64,000 nt of DNA, taken from NCBI RefSeq assembly GCF_964355755.1, contig NC_092680.1, positions 11,284,001-11,348,000 of the forward strand. Reading direction: 5' to 3'. The DNA is from Antedon mediterranea. Its lineage: Eukaryota; Animalia; Echinodermata. The position numbers and the translations under genes are program-made. Position 1 is the first letter of the stretch. Every line of letters begins with the position of its first letter. A model generated the notes under the pieces. That model was not told where the DNA came from, did not search any database, and saw only the letters and a program-made list of their open reading frames with translations. Positions 37,901-52,900 of the stretch are shown here, one piece after another.

Positions 37901-40900
37901 CAAATGCGATTTGAAGCTTTTCTAAGCACTTTGGTGTTTTTATGTTAACAAGTTTTTTCGAAAATCACAAAATGGTCTAAAACGTCTCCAAATGCGATTT
38001 GAAGCTCTTCTGTACACTTTGATGTTTTGTTTGAAAAAGTTTTGTCGAAATTTTCAAAATGGTCTAAAACGTTTTTAAATACGATATTAAGCTGTTTTGT
38101 GCACTTTGATGATTTGTGTGAAAAGTTTTAACGAAATGCTCAAAATGGTCTAAAACGGTTTCTAATGTGATTTTAAGCACTTTGATGTTTTTGTGTAACC
38201 AAGTTTTTTCGAAAATCACAAAATAGTCTAAAACGTCTCCAAATGCGATTTGAAGCTTTTCTAAGCACTTTGGTGTTTTTATGTTAACAAGTTTTTTCGA
38301 AAATCACAAAATGGTCTAAAACGTCTCCAAATGCGATTTGAGGATATTCTGAGCACTTTGGTGTTTTTTTGTTAAAAAGTTTTTTCGAAAATCACAAAAT
38401 GGTCTAAAACGTCTCCAAATGCGATTTGAAGCTATTCTGTACACTTTGATGTTTTGTGTGAAAAAGTTTTGTCGAAATGCTCAAAATGGTCTAAAACGTT
38501 TTTAAATACGATATTAAGCTATTTTGTGATCTTTGATGTTTTTGTGTGAAAAGTTTTATCGAAATGCTCAAAATGGTCTAAAACGTTTTTAAAACGATAT
38601 TAAGCTATTTTGTGCTCTTTGATGTTTTTGTGTAACCAAGTTTCATCGAAAATCACAAAATGGTCTAAAACGTCGCCAAATGCGATTTGAAGCTTTTCTA
38701 AGCACTTTGGTGTTTTTATGTTAACAAGTTTTTTCGAAAATCACGAAATGGTCTAAAATATCTCCAAATGCGATTTGAAGATATTCTGAGCACTTTGGTG
38801 TTTTTATGTTAAAAAGTTTTTTCGAAAATCACAAAATGGTCTAAAACGTCTCCAAACGCGATTTGAAGCTCTTCTGTACACTTTGATGTTTTGTGTGAAA
38901 AAGTTTTGTCGAAATTCTCAAAATGGTCTAAAACGTTTTTAAATACGATATTAAGCTGTTTTGTGCACTTTGATGATTTGTGTGAAAAGTTTTAACGAAA
39001 TGCTCAAAATGGTCAAAAACGGTTTCTAATGTGATTTTAAGCACTTTGATGTTTTTGTGTAACCAAGTTTTTTCAAAAATCACAAAATGGTCTAAAACGT
39101 CTCCAAATGCGATTTGAAGCTTTTCTAAGCACTTTGGTGTTTTTATGTTAACAAGTTTTTTCGAAAATCACAAAATGGTCTAAAACGTCTCCAAATGCGA
39201 TTTGAAGATATTCTGAGCACTTTGGTGTTTTTATGTTAAAAAGTTTTTTCGAAAATCACAAAATAGTCTAAAACGTCTCCAAATGCGATTTGAAGCTATT
39301 CTGTACACTTTGATGTTTTGTGTGAAAAAGTTTTGTCGAAATGCTCAAAATGGTCTAAAACGTTTTTAAAACGATATTATTAAGCTATTTTGTGCTCTTT
39401 GATGTTTTTGTGTAACCAAGTTTCATCGAAAATCACAAAATGGTCTAAAACGTCTCAAAATGCGATTTGAAGCTTTTCTAAGCACTTTGGTGTTTTTATC
39501 TTAACAAGTTTTTTCGAAAATCACGAAATGGTCTAAAATGTCTCCAAATGCGATTTGAAGATATTCTGAGCACTTTGGTGTTTTTATGTTAAAAAGTTTT
39601 TTCGAAAATCACAAAATGGTCTAAAACGTCTCCAAATGCGATTTGAAGCTCTTCTGTACACTTTTATGTTTTGTGTGAAAAAGTTTTGTCGAAATGCTCA
39701 AAATGGTCTAAAACGTTTTTAAATACGATATTAAGCTGTTTTGTGCACTTTGATGATTTGTGTGAAAAGTTTTAACGAAATGCTCAAAATGGTTCAAAAC
39801 GGTTTCTAATGTGATTTTAAGCACTTTGATGTTTTTGTGTAACCAAGTTTTTTCGAAAATCACAAAATAGTCTAAAACGTCTCCAAATGCGATTTGAAGC
39901 TTTTCTAAGCACTTTGGTGTTTTTATGTTAACAAGTTTTTTCGAAAATCACAAAATGGTCTAAAACGTCTCCAAATACGATTTGAGGATATTCTGAGCAC
40001 TTTGGTGTTTTTTTGTTAAAAAGTTTTTTCGAAAATCACAAAATGGTCTAAAACGTCTCCAAATGCGATTTGAAGCTATTCTGTACACTTTGATGTTTTG
40101 TGTGAAAAAGTTTTGTCGAAATGCTCAAAATGGTCTAAAACGTTTTTAAATACGATATTAAGCTATTTTGTGATCTTTGATGTTTTTGTGTGAAAAGTTT
40201 TATCGAAATGCTCAAAATGGTCTAAAACGGTTTCTATTGTGATTTTAAGCACTTTGATGATTTTGTGTAACCAAGTTTCATCGAAATGTACAAAATGGTC
40301 TAAAACGTCTCCAAATGCGATTTGAAGCTATTCTAAGTACTTTTGTGTTTTTATGTTAACAAGTTTTTTCGAAAATCACAAAATGGTCTAAAACGTCTCA
40401 AAATGCGATTTGAAGCTATTCTGTACACTTTGATGTTTTGTGTGAAAAAGTTTTGTCGAAATGCTCAAAATGGTCTAAAACGTTTTTAAAACGATATTAA
40501 GCTATTTTGTGCTCTTTGATGTTTTTGTGTAACCAAGTTTCATCGAAATCAACAAAATGGTCTAATACGTCTCCAAATGCGATTTGAAGCTTTTCCAAGC
40601 TTTTTGCTGTTTTTATGTTAAGTTTTTTCGAAAATCACAAAATGGTCTAAAACGTCTTCAAATGCGATTTGAAGCTATTCTGTACACCTTTATGTTTTGT
40701 GTGAAAAAGTTTTGTCGAAATGCTCAAAATGGTCTAAAACGTTTTTAAATACGATATTAAGCTATTTTGTGATCTTTGATGTTTTTGTGTGAAAAGTTTT
40801 ATCAAAATGCTCAAAATGGTCTGAAACGGTTTCTAATGCGATTTGAAGCTATTCTGTAATCTTTGAAGTTTTGTGTGAAAAAGTTTTCTCGAAATGCTCA

Positions 40901-43900
40901 AAATGGTCTAAAACGTTTTTATATACCATATTAAGCTATTTTGTGCACTTTGATGTTTTTGTGTGAAAAGTTTTATCGAAATGCTCAAAATGGTCTAAAA
41001 CGGTTTCTATTGTGATTTTAAGCACTTTGATGATTTTGTGTAACCAAGTTTCATCGAAATGTACAAAATGGTCTAAAACGTCTCCAAATGCGATTTGAAG
41101 CTATTCTAAGTACTTTTGTGTTTTTATGTTAACAAGTTTTTTCGAAAATCACAAAATGGTCTAAAACGTCTCAAAATGCGATTTGAAGCTATTCTGTACA
41201 CTTTGATGTTTTGTGTGAAAAAGTTTTGTCGAAATGCTCAAAATGGTCTAAAACGTTTTTAAAACGATATTAAGCTATTTTGTGCTCTTTGATGTTTTTG
41301 TGTAACCAAGTTTCATCGAAATCAACAAAATGGTCTAATACGTCTCCAAATGCGATTTGAAGCTTTTCCAAGCTTTTTGCTGTTTTTATGTTAAGTTTTT
41401 TCGAAAATCACAAAATGGTCTAAAACGTCTTCAAATGCGATTTGAAGCTATTCTGTACACTTTGATGTTTTGTGTGAAAAAGTTTTGTCGAAATGCTCAA
41501 AATGGTCTAAAACGTTTTTAAATACGATATAAAGCTATTTTGTGATCTTTGATGTTTTTGTGTGAAAAGTTTTATCAAAATGCTCAAAATGGTCTAAAAC
41601 GGTTTCTAATGCGATTTGAAGCTATTCTGTACCCTTTGAAGTTTTTTGTGAAAAAGTTTTCTCGAAATGCTCAAAATGGTCTAAAAAGTTTTTATATACC
41701 ATATTAAGCTATTTTGTGCACTTTGATGTTTTTTGTGAAAAGTTTTATCGAAATGCTCAAAATGGTCTAAAACGGTTTCTATTGGGATTTTAAGCACTTT
41801 GATGATTTTGTGTAACCAAGTTTCATCGAAATGTACAAAATGGTCTAAAACGTCTCCAAATGCGATTTGAAGCTATTCTAAGTACTTTTGTGTTTTTATG
41901 TTAACAAGTTTTTTCGAAAATCACAAAATGGTCTAAAACGTCTTCAAATGCGATTTGAAGCTATTCTGTACACTTTTATGTTTTGTGTGAAAAAGTTTTG
42001 TCGAAATTCTCAAAATGGTCTAAAACGTTTTTAAATACGATATTAAGCTGTTTTGTGCACTTTGATGATTTGTGTGAAAAGTTTTAACGAAATGCTCAAA
42101 ATGGTCAAAAACGGTTTCTAATGTGATTTTAAGCACTTTGATGTTCTTGTGTAACCAAGTTTTTTCAAAAATCACAAAATGGTCTAAAACGTCTCCAAAT
42201 GCGATTTGAAGCTTTTCTAAGCACTTTGGTGTTTTTATGTTAACAAGTTTTTTCGAAAATCACAAAATGGTCTAAAACGTCTCCAAATGCGATTTGAAGA
42301 TATTCTGAGCACTTTGGTGTTTTTATGTTAAAAAGTTTTTTCGAAAATCACAAAATAGTCTAAAACGTCTCCAAATGCGATTTGAAGCTATTCTGTACAC
42401 TTTGATGTTTTGTGTGAAAAAGTTTTGTCGAAATGCTCAAAATGGTCTAAAACGTTTTTAAAACGATATTAAGCTATTTTGTGCTCTTTGATGTTTTTGT
42501 GTAACCAAGTTTCATCGAAAATCACAAAATGGTCTAAAACGTCTCAAAATGCGATTTGAAGCTTTTCTAAGCACTTTGGTGTTTTTATGTTAACAAGTTT
42601 TTTCGAAAATCACGAAATGGTTTAAAATATCTCCAAATGCGATTTGAAGATATTCTGAGCACTTTGGTGTTTTTATGTTAAAAAGTTTTTTCGAAAATCA
42701 CAAAATGGTCTAAAACGTCTCCAAATGCGATTTGAAGCTCTTCTGTACACTTTGATGTTTTGTGTGAAAAAGTTTTGTCGAAATGCTCAAAATGGTCTAA
42801 AACGTTTTCAAATACGATATTAAGCTGTTTTGTGCACTTTGATGATTTGTGTGAAAAGTTTTAACGAAATCCTCAAAATGGTCTAAAACGGTTTCTAATG
42901 TGATTTTAAGCACTTTGATGTTTTTGTGTAACCAAGTTTTATCGAAAATCACAAAATAGTCTAAAACGTCTCCAAATGCGATTTGAAGCTTTTCTAAGCA
43001 CTTTGGTGTTTTTATGTTAACAAGTTTTTTCGAAAATCACAAAATGGTCTAAAACGTCTCCAAATGCGATTTGAGGATATTCTGAGCACTTTGGTGTTTT
43101 TTTGTTAAAAAGTTTTTTCGAAAATCACAAAATGGTCTAAAACGTCTCCAAATGCGATTTGAAGCTATTCTGTACACTTTGATGTTTTGTGTGAAAAAGT
43201 TTTGTCGAAATGCTCAAAATGGTCTAAAACATTTTTAAATACGATATTAAGCTATTTTGTGATCTTTGATGTTTTTGTGTGAAAAGTTTTATCGAAATGC
43301 TCAAAATGGTCTAAAACGGTTTCTATTGTGATTTTAAGCACTTTGATGATTTTGTGTAACCAAGTTTCATCGAAATGTACAAAATGGTCTAAAACGTCTC
43401 CAAATGCGATTTGAAGCTATTCTAAGTACTTTTGTGTTTTTATGTTAACAAGTTTTTTCGAAAATCACAAAATGGTCTAAAACGTCTTCAAATGCGATTT
43501 GAAGCTATTCTGTACACTTTGATGTTTTGTGTGAAAAAGTTTTGTCAAAATGCTCAAAATGGTCTAAAACGTTTTTAAAACGATATTAAGCTATTTTGTG
43601 CTCTTTGATGTTTTTGTGTAACCAAGTTTCATCGAAAATCACAACATGGTCTAAAACGTCTCCAAATGCGATTTGAAGCTTTTCTAAGCACTTTGGTGTT
43701 TTTATGTTAACAAGTTTTTTCGAAAATCACAAAATGGTCTAAAACGTCTCCAAATGCGATTTGAAGCTCTTCTGTACACTTTGATGTTTTGTTTGAAAAA
43801 GTTTTGTCGAAATTCTCAAAATGGTCTAAAACGTTTTTAAATTCGATATTAAGCTGTTTTGTGCACTTTGATGATTTGTGTGAAAAGTTTTAACGAAATG

Positions 43901-46900
43901 CTCAAAATGGTCAAAAACGGTTTCTAATGTGATTTTAAGCACTTTGATGTTTTTGTGTAACCAAGTTTTTTCAAAAATCACAAAATGGTCTAAAACGTCT
44001 CCAAATGCGATTTGAAGCTTTTCTAAGCACTTTGGTGTTTTTATGTTAACAAGTTTTTTCGAAAATCACAAAATGGTCTAAAACGTCTCAAAATGCGATT
44101 TGAAGCTAATCTGTACACTTTGATGTTTTGTGTGAAAAAGTTTTGTCGAAATGCTCAAAATGGTCTAAAACGTTTTTAAAACGATATTAAGCTATTTTGT
44201 GCTCTTTGATGTTTTTGTGTAACCAAGTTTCATCGAAATGTACAAAATGGTCTAAAACGTCTTTAAATGCGATTTGAAGCTATTCTAAGTACTTTTGTGT
44301 TTTTATGTTAACAAGTTTTTTCGAAAATCACAAAATGGTCTAAAACGTCTTCAAATGCGATTTGAAGCTATTCTGTACACTTTGATGTTTTGTGTGAAAA
44401 AGTTTTGTCAAAATGCTCAAAATGGTCTAAAACGTTTTTAAAACGATATTAAGCTATTTTGTGCTCTTTGATGTTTTTGTGTAACCAAGTTTCATCGAAA
44501 ATCACAACATGGTCTAAAACGTCTCCAAATGCGATTTGAAGCTTTTCTAAGCACTTTGGTGTTTTTATGTTAACAAGTTTTTTCGAAAATCACAAAATGG
44601 TCTAAAACGTCTCCAAATGCGATTTGAAGCTCTTCAGTACACTTTGATGTTTTGTTTGAAAAAGTTTTGTCGAAATTCTCAAAATGGTCTAAAACGTTTT
44701 TAAATTCGATATTAAGCTGTTTTGTGCACTTTGATGATTTGTGTGAAAAGTTTTAACGAAATGCTCAAAATGGTCTAAAACGGTTTCTAATGTGATTTTA
44801 AGCACTTTGATGTTTTTGTGTAACCAAGTTTTTTCGAAAATCACAAAATAGTCTAAAACGTCTCCAAATGCGATTTGAAGCTTTTCTAAGCACTTTGGTG
44901 TTTTTATGTTAACAAGTTTTTTCGAAAATCACAAAATGGTCTAAAACGTCTCCAAATGCGATTTGAGGATATTCTGAGCACTTTGGTGTTTTTTTGTTAA
45001 AAAGTTTTTTCGAAAATCACAAAATGGTCTAAAACGTCTCCAAATGCGATTTGAAGCTATTCTGTACACTTTGATGTTTTGTGTGAAAAAGTTTTGTCGA
45101 AATGCTCAAAATGGTCTAAAACGTTTTTAAAACGATATTATTAAGCTATTTTGTGCTCTTTGATGTTTTTGTGTAACCAAGTTTCATCGAAAATCACAAA
45201 ATGGTCTAAAACGTCTCAAAATGCGATTTGAAGCTTTTCTAAGCACTTTGGTGTTTTTGTGTAACCAAGTTTCATCGAAAATCACAAAATGGTCTAAAAC
45301 GTCTCAAAATGCGATTTGAAGCTTTTCTAAGCACTTTGGTGTTTTTATGTTAACAAGTTTTTTCGAAAATCACGAAATGGTCTAAAATATCTCCAAATGC
45401 GATTTGAAGATATTCTGAGCACTTTGGTGTTTTTATGTTGAAAAGTTTTTTCGAAAATCACAAAATGGTCTAAAACGTCTCCAAATGCGATTTGAAGCTC
45501 TTCTGTACACTTTGATGTTTTGTGTGAAAAAGTTTTGTCGAAATGCTCAAAATGGTCTAAAACGTTTTTAAATACGATATTAAGCTGTTTTGTGCACTTT
45601 GATGATAATTGTGAAAAGTTTTAACGAAATGCTCAAAATGGTCTAAAACGGTTTCTAATGTGATTTTAAGCACTTTGATGTTTTTGTGTAACCAAGTTTT
45701 TTCGAAAATCACAAAATAGTCTAAAACGTCTCCAAATGCGATTTGAAGCTTTTCTAAGCACTTTGGTGTTTTTATGTTAACAAGTTTTTTCGAAAAATAC
45801 AAAATGGTCTAAAACGTCTCCAAATGCGATTTGAGGATATTCTGAGCACTTTGGTGTTTTTTTGTTAAAAAGTTTTTTCGAAAATCACAAAATGGTCTAA
45901 AACGTCTCCAAATGCGATTTGAAGCTATTCTGTACACTTTGATGTTTTGTGTGAAAAAGTTTTGTTGAAATGCTCAAAATGGTCTAAAACGTTTTTAAAT
46001 ACGATATAAAGCTATTTTGTGATCTTTGATGTTTTTGTGTGAAAAGTTTTATCGAAATGCTCAAAATGGTCTAAAACGGTTTCTATTGTGATTTTAAGCA
46101 CTTTGATGATTTTGTGTAACCAAGTTTCATCGAAATGTACAAAATGGTCTAAAACGTCTCCAAATGCGATTTGAAGCTATTCTAAGTACTTTTGTGTTTT
46201 TATGTTAACAAGTTTTTTCGAAAATCACAAAATGGTCTAAAACGTCTTCAAATGCGATTTGAAGCTATTCTGTACACTTTGATGTTTTGTGTGAAAAAGT
46301 TTTGTCAAAATGCTCAAAATGGTCTAAAACGTTTTTAAAACGATATTAAGCTATTTTGTGCTCTTTGATGTTTTTGTGTAACCAAGTTTCATCGAAAATC
46401 ACAACATGGTCTAAAACGTCTCCAAATGCGATTTGAAGCTTTTCTAAGCACTTTGGTGTTTTTATGTTAACAAGTTTTTTCAAAAATCACAAAATGGTCT
46501 AAAACGTCTCCAAATGCGATTTGAAGCTCTTCTGCACACTTTGATGTTTTGTTTGAAAAAGTTTTGTCGAAATTCTCAAAATGGTCTAAAACGTTTTTAA
46601 ATTCGATATTAAGCTATTTTGTGCACTTTGATGATTTGTGTGAAAAGTTTTAACGAAATGCTCAAAATGGTCAAAAACGGTTTCTAATGTGATTTTAAGC
46701 ACTTTGATGTTTTTGTGTAACCAAGTTTTTTCGAAAATCACAAAATGGTCTAAAACGTCTCCAAATGCGATTTGAGGATATTCTGAGCACTTTGGTGTTT
46801 TTATGTTAAAAAGTTTTTTCGAAAATCACAAAATGGTCTAAAACGTCTCAAAATGCGATTTGAAGCTAATCTGTACACTTTGATGTTTTGTGTGAAAAAG

Positions 46901-49900
46901 TTTTGTCGAAATGCTCAAAATGGTCTAAAACGTTTTTAAAACGATATTAAGCTATTTTGTGCTCTTTGATGTTTTTGTGTAACCAAGTTTCATCGAAATC
47001 AACAAAATGGTCTAATACGTCTCCAAATGCGATTTGAAGCTTTTCCAAGCACTTTGCTGTTTTTATGTTAACAAGTTTTTTCGAAAATCACAAAATGGTC
47101 TAAAACGTCTTCAAATGCGATTTGAAGCTATTCTGTAGACTTTGATGTTTTGTGTGAAAAAGTTTTGTCGAAATGCTCAAAATGGTCTAAAACGTTTTTA
47201 AATACGATATTAAGCTATTTTGTGATCTTTGATGTTTTTGTGTGAAAAGTTTTATCAAAATGCTCAAAATGGTCTGAAACGGTTTCTAATGCGATTTGAA
47301 GCTATTCTGTACACTTTGAAGTTTTGTCTGAAAAAGTTTTCTCGAAATGCTCAAAATGGTCTAAAACGTTTTTATATACCATATTAAGCTATTTTGTGCA
47401 CTTTGATGTTTTTTGTGAAAAGTTTTATCGAAATGCTCAAAATGGTCTAAAACGGTTTCTATTGGGATTTTAAGCACTTTGATGATTTTGTGTAACCAAG
47501 TTTCATCGAAATGTACAAAATGGTCTAAAACGTCTCCAAATGCGATTTGAAGCTATTCTAAGTACTTTTGTGTTTTTATGTTAACAAGTTTTTTCGAAAA
47601 TCACAAAATGGTCTAAAACGTCTTTCAAATGCGATTTGAAGCTATTCTGTACACTTTTATGTTTTGTGTGAAAAAGTTTTGTCGAAATTCTCAAAATGGT
47701 CTAAAACGTTTTTAAATACGATATTAAGCTGTTTTGTGCACTTTGATGATTTGTGTGAAAAGTTTTAACGAAATGCTCAAAATGGTCAAAAACGGTTTCT
47801 AATTTGATTTTAAGCACTTTGATGTTTTTGTGTAACCAAGTTTTTTCAAAAATCACAAAATGGTCTAAAACGTCTCCAAATGCGATTTGAAGCTTTTCTA
47901 AGCACTTTGGTGTTTTTATGTTAACAAGTTTTTTCGAAAATCACAAAATGGTCTAAAACGTCTCCAAATGCGATTTGAAGATATTCTGAGCACTTTGGTG
48001 TTTTTATGTTAAAAAGTTTTTTCGAAAATCACAAAATAGTCTAAAACGTCTCCAAATGCGATTTGAAGCTATTCTGTACACTTTGATGTTTTGTGTGAAA
48101 AAGTTTTGTCGAAATGCTCAAAATGGTCTAAAACGTTTTTAAAACGATATTAAGCTATTTTGTGCTCTTTGATGTTTTTTTGTAACCAAGTTTCATCGAA
48201 AATCACAAAATGGTCTAAAACGTCTCAAAATGCGATTTGAAGCTTTTCTAAGCAATTTGGTGTTTTTATGTTAACAAGTTTTTTCGAAAATCACGAAATG
48301 GTCTAAAATGTCTCCAAATGCGATTTGAAGATATTCTGAGCACTTTGGTGTTTTTATGTTAAAAAGTTTTTTCGAAAATCACAAAATGGTCTAAAACGTC
48401 TCCAAATGCGATTTGAAGCTCTTCTGTACACTTTGATGTTTTGTGTGAAAAAGTTTTGTCGAAATGCTCAAAATGGTCTAAAACGTTTTCAAATACGATA
48501 TTAAGCTGTTTTGTGCACTTTGATGATTTGTGTGAAAAGTTTTAACGAAATGCTCAAAATGGTCTAAAACGGTTTCTAATGTGATTTTAAGCACTTTGGT
48601 GTTTTTATGTTAACAAGTTTTTTCGAAAATCACAAAATGGTCTAAAACGTCTCCAAATGCGATTTGAGGATATTCTGAGAACTTTGGTGTTTTTTTGTTA
48701 AAAAGTTTTTTCGAAAATCACAAAATGGTCTAAAACGTCTCCAAATGCGATTTGAAGCTATTCTGTACACTTTGATGTTTTGTGTGAAAAAGTTTTGTCG
48801 AAATGCTCAAAATGGTCTAAAACGTTTTTAAATACGATATTAAGCTATTTTGTGATCTTTGATGTTTTTGTGTGAAAAGTTTTATCGAAATGCTCAAAAT
48901 GGTCTAAAACGTTTTTAAAACGATATTAAGCTATTTTGTGCTCTTTGATGTTTTTGTGTAACCAAGTTTCATCGAAAATCACAAAATGGTCTAAAACGTC
49001 GCCAAATGCGATTTGAAGCTTTTCTAAGCACTTTGGTGTTTTTATGTTAACAAGTTTTTTCGAAAAATACAAAATGGTCTAAAACGTCTCCAAATGCGAT
49101 TTGAGGATATTCTGAGCACTTTGGTGTTTTTTTGTTAAAAAGTTTTTTCGAAAATCACAAAATGGTCTAAAACGTCTCCAAATGCGATTTGAAGCTATTC
49201 TGTACACTTTGATGTTTTGTGTGAAAAAGTTTTGTTGAAATGCTCAAAATGGTCTAAAACGTTTTTAAATACGATATAAAGCTATTTTGTGATCTTTGAT
49301 GTTTTTGTGTGAAAAGTTTTATCGAAATGCTCAAAATGGTCTAAAACGGTTTCTATTGTGATTTTAAGCACTTTGATGATTTTGTGTAACCAAGTTTCAT
49401 CGAAATGTACAAAATGGTCTAAAACGTCTCCAAATGCGATTTGAAGCTATTCTAAGTACTTTTGTGTTTTTATGTTAACAAGTTTTTTCGAAAATCACAA
49501 AATGGTCTAAAACGTCTTCAAATGCGATTTGAAGCTATTCTGTACACTTTGATGTTTTGTGTGAAAAAGTTTTGTCAAAATGCTCAAAATGGTCTAAAAC
49601 GTTTTTAAAACGATATTAAGCTATTTTGTGCTCTTTGATGTTTTTGTGTAACCAAGTTTCATCGAAAATCACAACATGGTCTAAAACGTCTCCAAATGCG
49701 ATTTGAAGCTTTTCTAAGCACTTTGGTGTTTTTATGTTAACAAGTTTTTTCAAAAATCACAAAATGGTCTAAAACGTCTCCAAATGCGATTTGAAGCTCT
49801 TCTGCACACTTTGATGTTTTGTTTGAAAAAGTTTTGTCGAAATTCTCAAAATGGTCTAAAACGTTTTTAAATTCGATATTAAGCTATTTTGTGCACTTTG

Positions 49901-52900
49901 ATGATTTGTGTGAAAAGTTTTAACGAAATGCTCAAAATGGTCAAAAACGGTTTCTAATGTGATTTTAAGCACTTTGATGTTTTTGTGTAACCAAGTTTTT
50001 TCGAAAATCACAAAATGGTCTAAAACGTCTCCAAATGCGATTTGAGGATATTCTGAGCACTTTGGTGTTTTTATGTTAAAAAGTTTTTTCGAAAATCACA
50101 AAATGGTCTAAAACGTCTCAAAATGCGATTTGAAGCTAATCTGTACACTTTGATGTTTTGTGTGAAAAAGTTTTGTCGAAATGCTCAAAATGGTCTAAAA
50201 CGTTTTTAAAACGATATTAAGCTATTTTGTGCTCTTTGATGTTTTTGTGTAACCAAGTTTCATCGAAATCAACAAAATGGTCTAATACGTCTCCAAATGC
50301 GATTTGAAGCTTTTCCAAGCACTTTGCTGTTTTTATGTTAACAAGTTTTTTCGAAAATCACAAAATGGTCTAAAACGTCTTCAAATGCGATTTGAAGCTA
50401 TTCTGTAGACTTTGATGTTTTGTGTGAAAAAGTTTTGTCGAAATGCTCAAAATGGTCTAAAACGTTTTTAAATACGATATTAAGCTATTTTGTGATCTTT
50501 GATGTTTTTGTGTGAAAAGTTTTATCAAAATGCTCAAAATGGTCTGAAACGGTTTCTAATGCGATTTGAAGCTATTCTGTACACTTTGAAGTTTTGTCTG
50601 AAAAAGTTTTCTCGAAATGCTCAAAATGGTCTAAAACGTTTTTATATACCATATTAAGCTATTTTGTGCACTTTGATGTTTTTTGTGAAAAGTTTTATCG
50701 AAATGCTCAAAATGGTCTAAAACGGTTTCTATTGGGATTTTAAGCACTTTGATGATTTTGTGTAACCAAGTTTCATCGAAATGTACAAAATGGTCTAAAA
50801 CGTCTCCAAATGCGATTTGAAGCTATTCTAAGTACTTTTGTGTTTTTATGTTAACAAGTTTTTTCGAAAATCACAAAATGGTCTAAAACGTCTTTCAAAT
50901 GCGATTTGAAGCTATTCTGTACACTTTTATGTTTTGTGTGAAAAAGTTTTGTCGAAATTCTCAAAATGGTCTAAAACGTTTTTAAATACGATATTAAGCT
51001 GTTTTGTGCACTTTGATGATTTGTGTGAAAAGTTTTAACGAAATGCTCAAAATGGTCAAAAACGGTTTCTAATTTGATTTTAAGCACTTTGATGTTTTTG
51101 TGTAACCAAGTTTTTTCAAAAATCACAAAATGGTCTAAAACGTCTCCAAATGCGATTTGAAGCTTTTCTAAGCACTTTGGTGTTTTTATGTTAACAAGTT
51201 TTTTCGAAAATCACAAAATGGTCTAAAACGTCTCCAAATGCGATTTGAAGATATTCTGAGCACTTTGGTGTTTTTATGTTAAAAAGTTTTTTCGAAAATC
51301 ACAAAATAGTCTAAAACGTCTCCAAATGCGATTTGAAGCTATTCTGTACACTTTGATGTTTTGTGTGAAAAAGTTTTGTCGAAATGCTCAAAATGGTCTA
51401 AAACGTTTTTAAAACGATATTAAGCTATTTTGTGCTCTTTGATGTTTTTTTGTAACCAAGTTTCATCGAAAATCACAAAATGGTCTAAAACGTCTCAAAA
51501 TGCGATTTGAAGCTTTTCTAAGCAATTTGGTGTTTTTATGTTAACAAGTTTTTTCGAAAATCACGAAATGGTCTAAAATGTCTCCAAATGCGATTTGAAG
51601 ATATTCTGAGCACTTTGGTGTTTTTATGTTAAAAAGTTTTTTCGAAAATCACAAAATGGTCTAAAACGTCTCCAAATGCGATTTGAAGCTCTTCTGTACA
51701 CTTTGATGTTTTGTGTGAAAAAGTTTTGTCGAAATGCTCAAAATGGTCTAAAACGTTTTCAAATACGATATTAAGCTGTTTTGTGCACTTTGATGATTTG
51801 TGTGAAAAGTTTTAACGAAATGCTCAAAATGGTCTAAAACGGTTTCTAATGTGATTTTAAGCACTTTGGTGTTTTTATGTTAACAAGTTTTTTCGAAAAT
51901 CACAAAATGGTCTAAAACGTCTCCAAATGCGATTTGAGGATATTCTGAGCTCTTTGGTGTTTTTTTGTTAAAAAGTTTTTTCGAAAATCACAAAATGGTC
52001 TAAAACGTCTCCAAATGCGATTTGAAGCTATTCTGTACACTTTGATGTTTTGTGTGAAAAAGTTTTGTCGAAATGCTCAAAATGGTCTAAAACATTTTTA
52101 AATACGATATTAAGCTATTTTGTGATCTTTGATGTTTTTGTGTGAAAAGTTTTATCGAAATGCTCAAAATGGTCTAAAACGGTTTCTATTGTGATTTTAA
52201 GCACTTTGATGATTTTGTGTAACCAAGTTTCATCGAAATGTACAAAATGGTCTAAAACGTCTTTAAATGCGATTTGAAGCTATTCTAAGTACTTTTGTGT
52301 TTTAATGTTAACAAGTTTTTTCGAAAATCACAAAATGGTCTAAAACGTCTTCAAATGCGATTTGAAGCTATTCTGTACACTTTGATGTTTTGTGTGAAAA
52401 AGTTTTGTCAAAATGCTCAAAATGGTCTAAAACGTTTTTAAAACGATATTAAGCTATTTTGTGCTCTTTGATGTTTTTGTGTAACCAAGTTTCATCGAAA
52501 ATCACAACATGGTCTAAAACGTCTCCAAATGCGATTTGAAGCTTTTCTAAGCACTTTGGTGTTTTTATGTTAACAAGTTTTTTCGAAAATCACAAAATGG
52601 TCTAAAACGTCTCCAAATGCGATTTGAAGCTCTTCAGTACACTTTGATGTTTTGTTTGAAAAAGTTTTGTCGAAATTCTCAAAATGGTCTAAAACGTTTT
52701 TAAATTCGATATTAAGCTGTTTTGTGCACTTTGATGATTTGTGTGAAAAGTTTTAACGAAATGCTCAAAATGGTCTAAAACGGTTTCTAATGTGATTTTA
52801 AGCACTTTGATGTTTTTGTGTAACCAAGTTTTTTCGAAAATCACAAAATAGTCTAAAACGTCTCCAAATGCGATTTGAAGCTTTTCTAAGCACTTTGGTG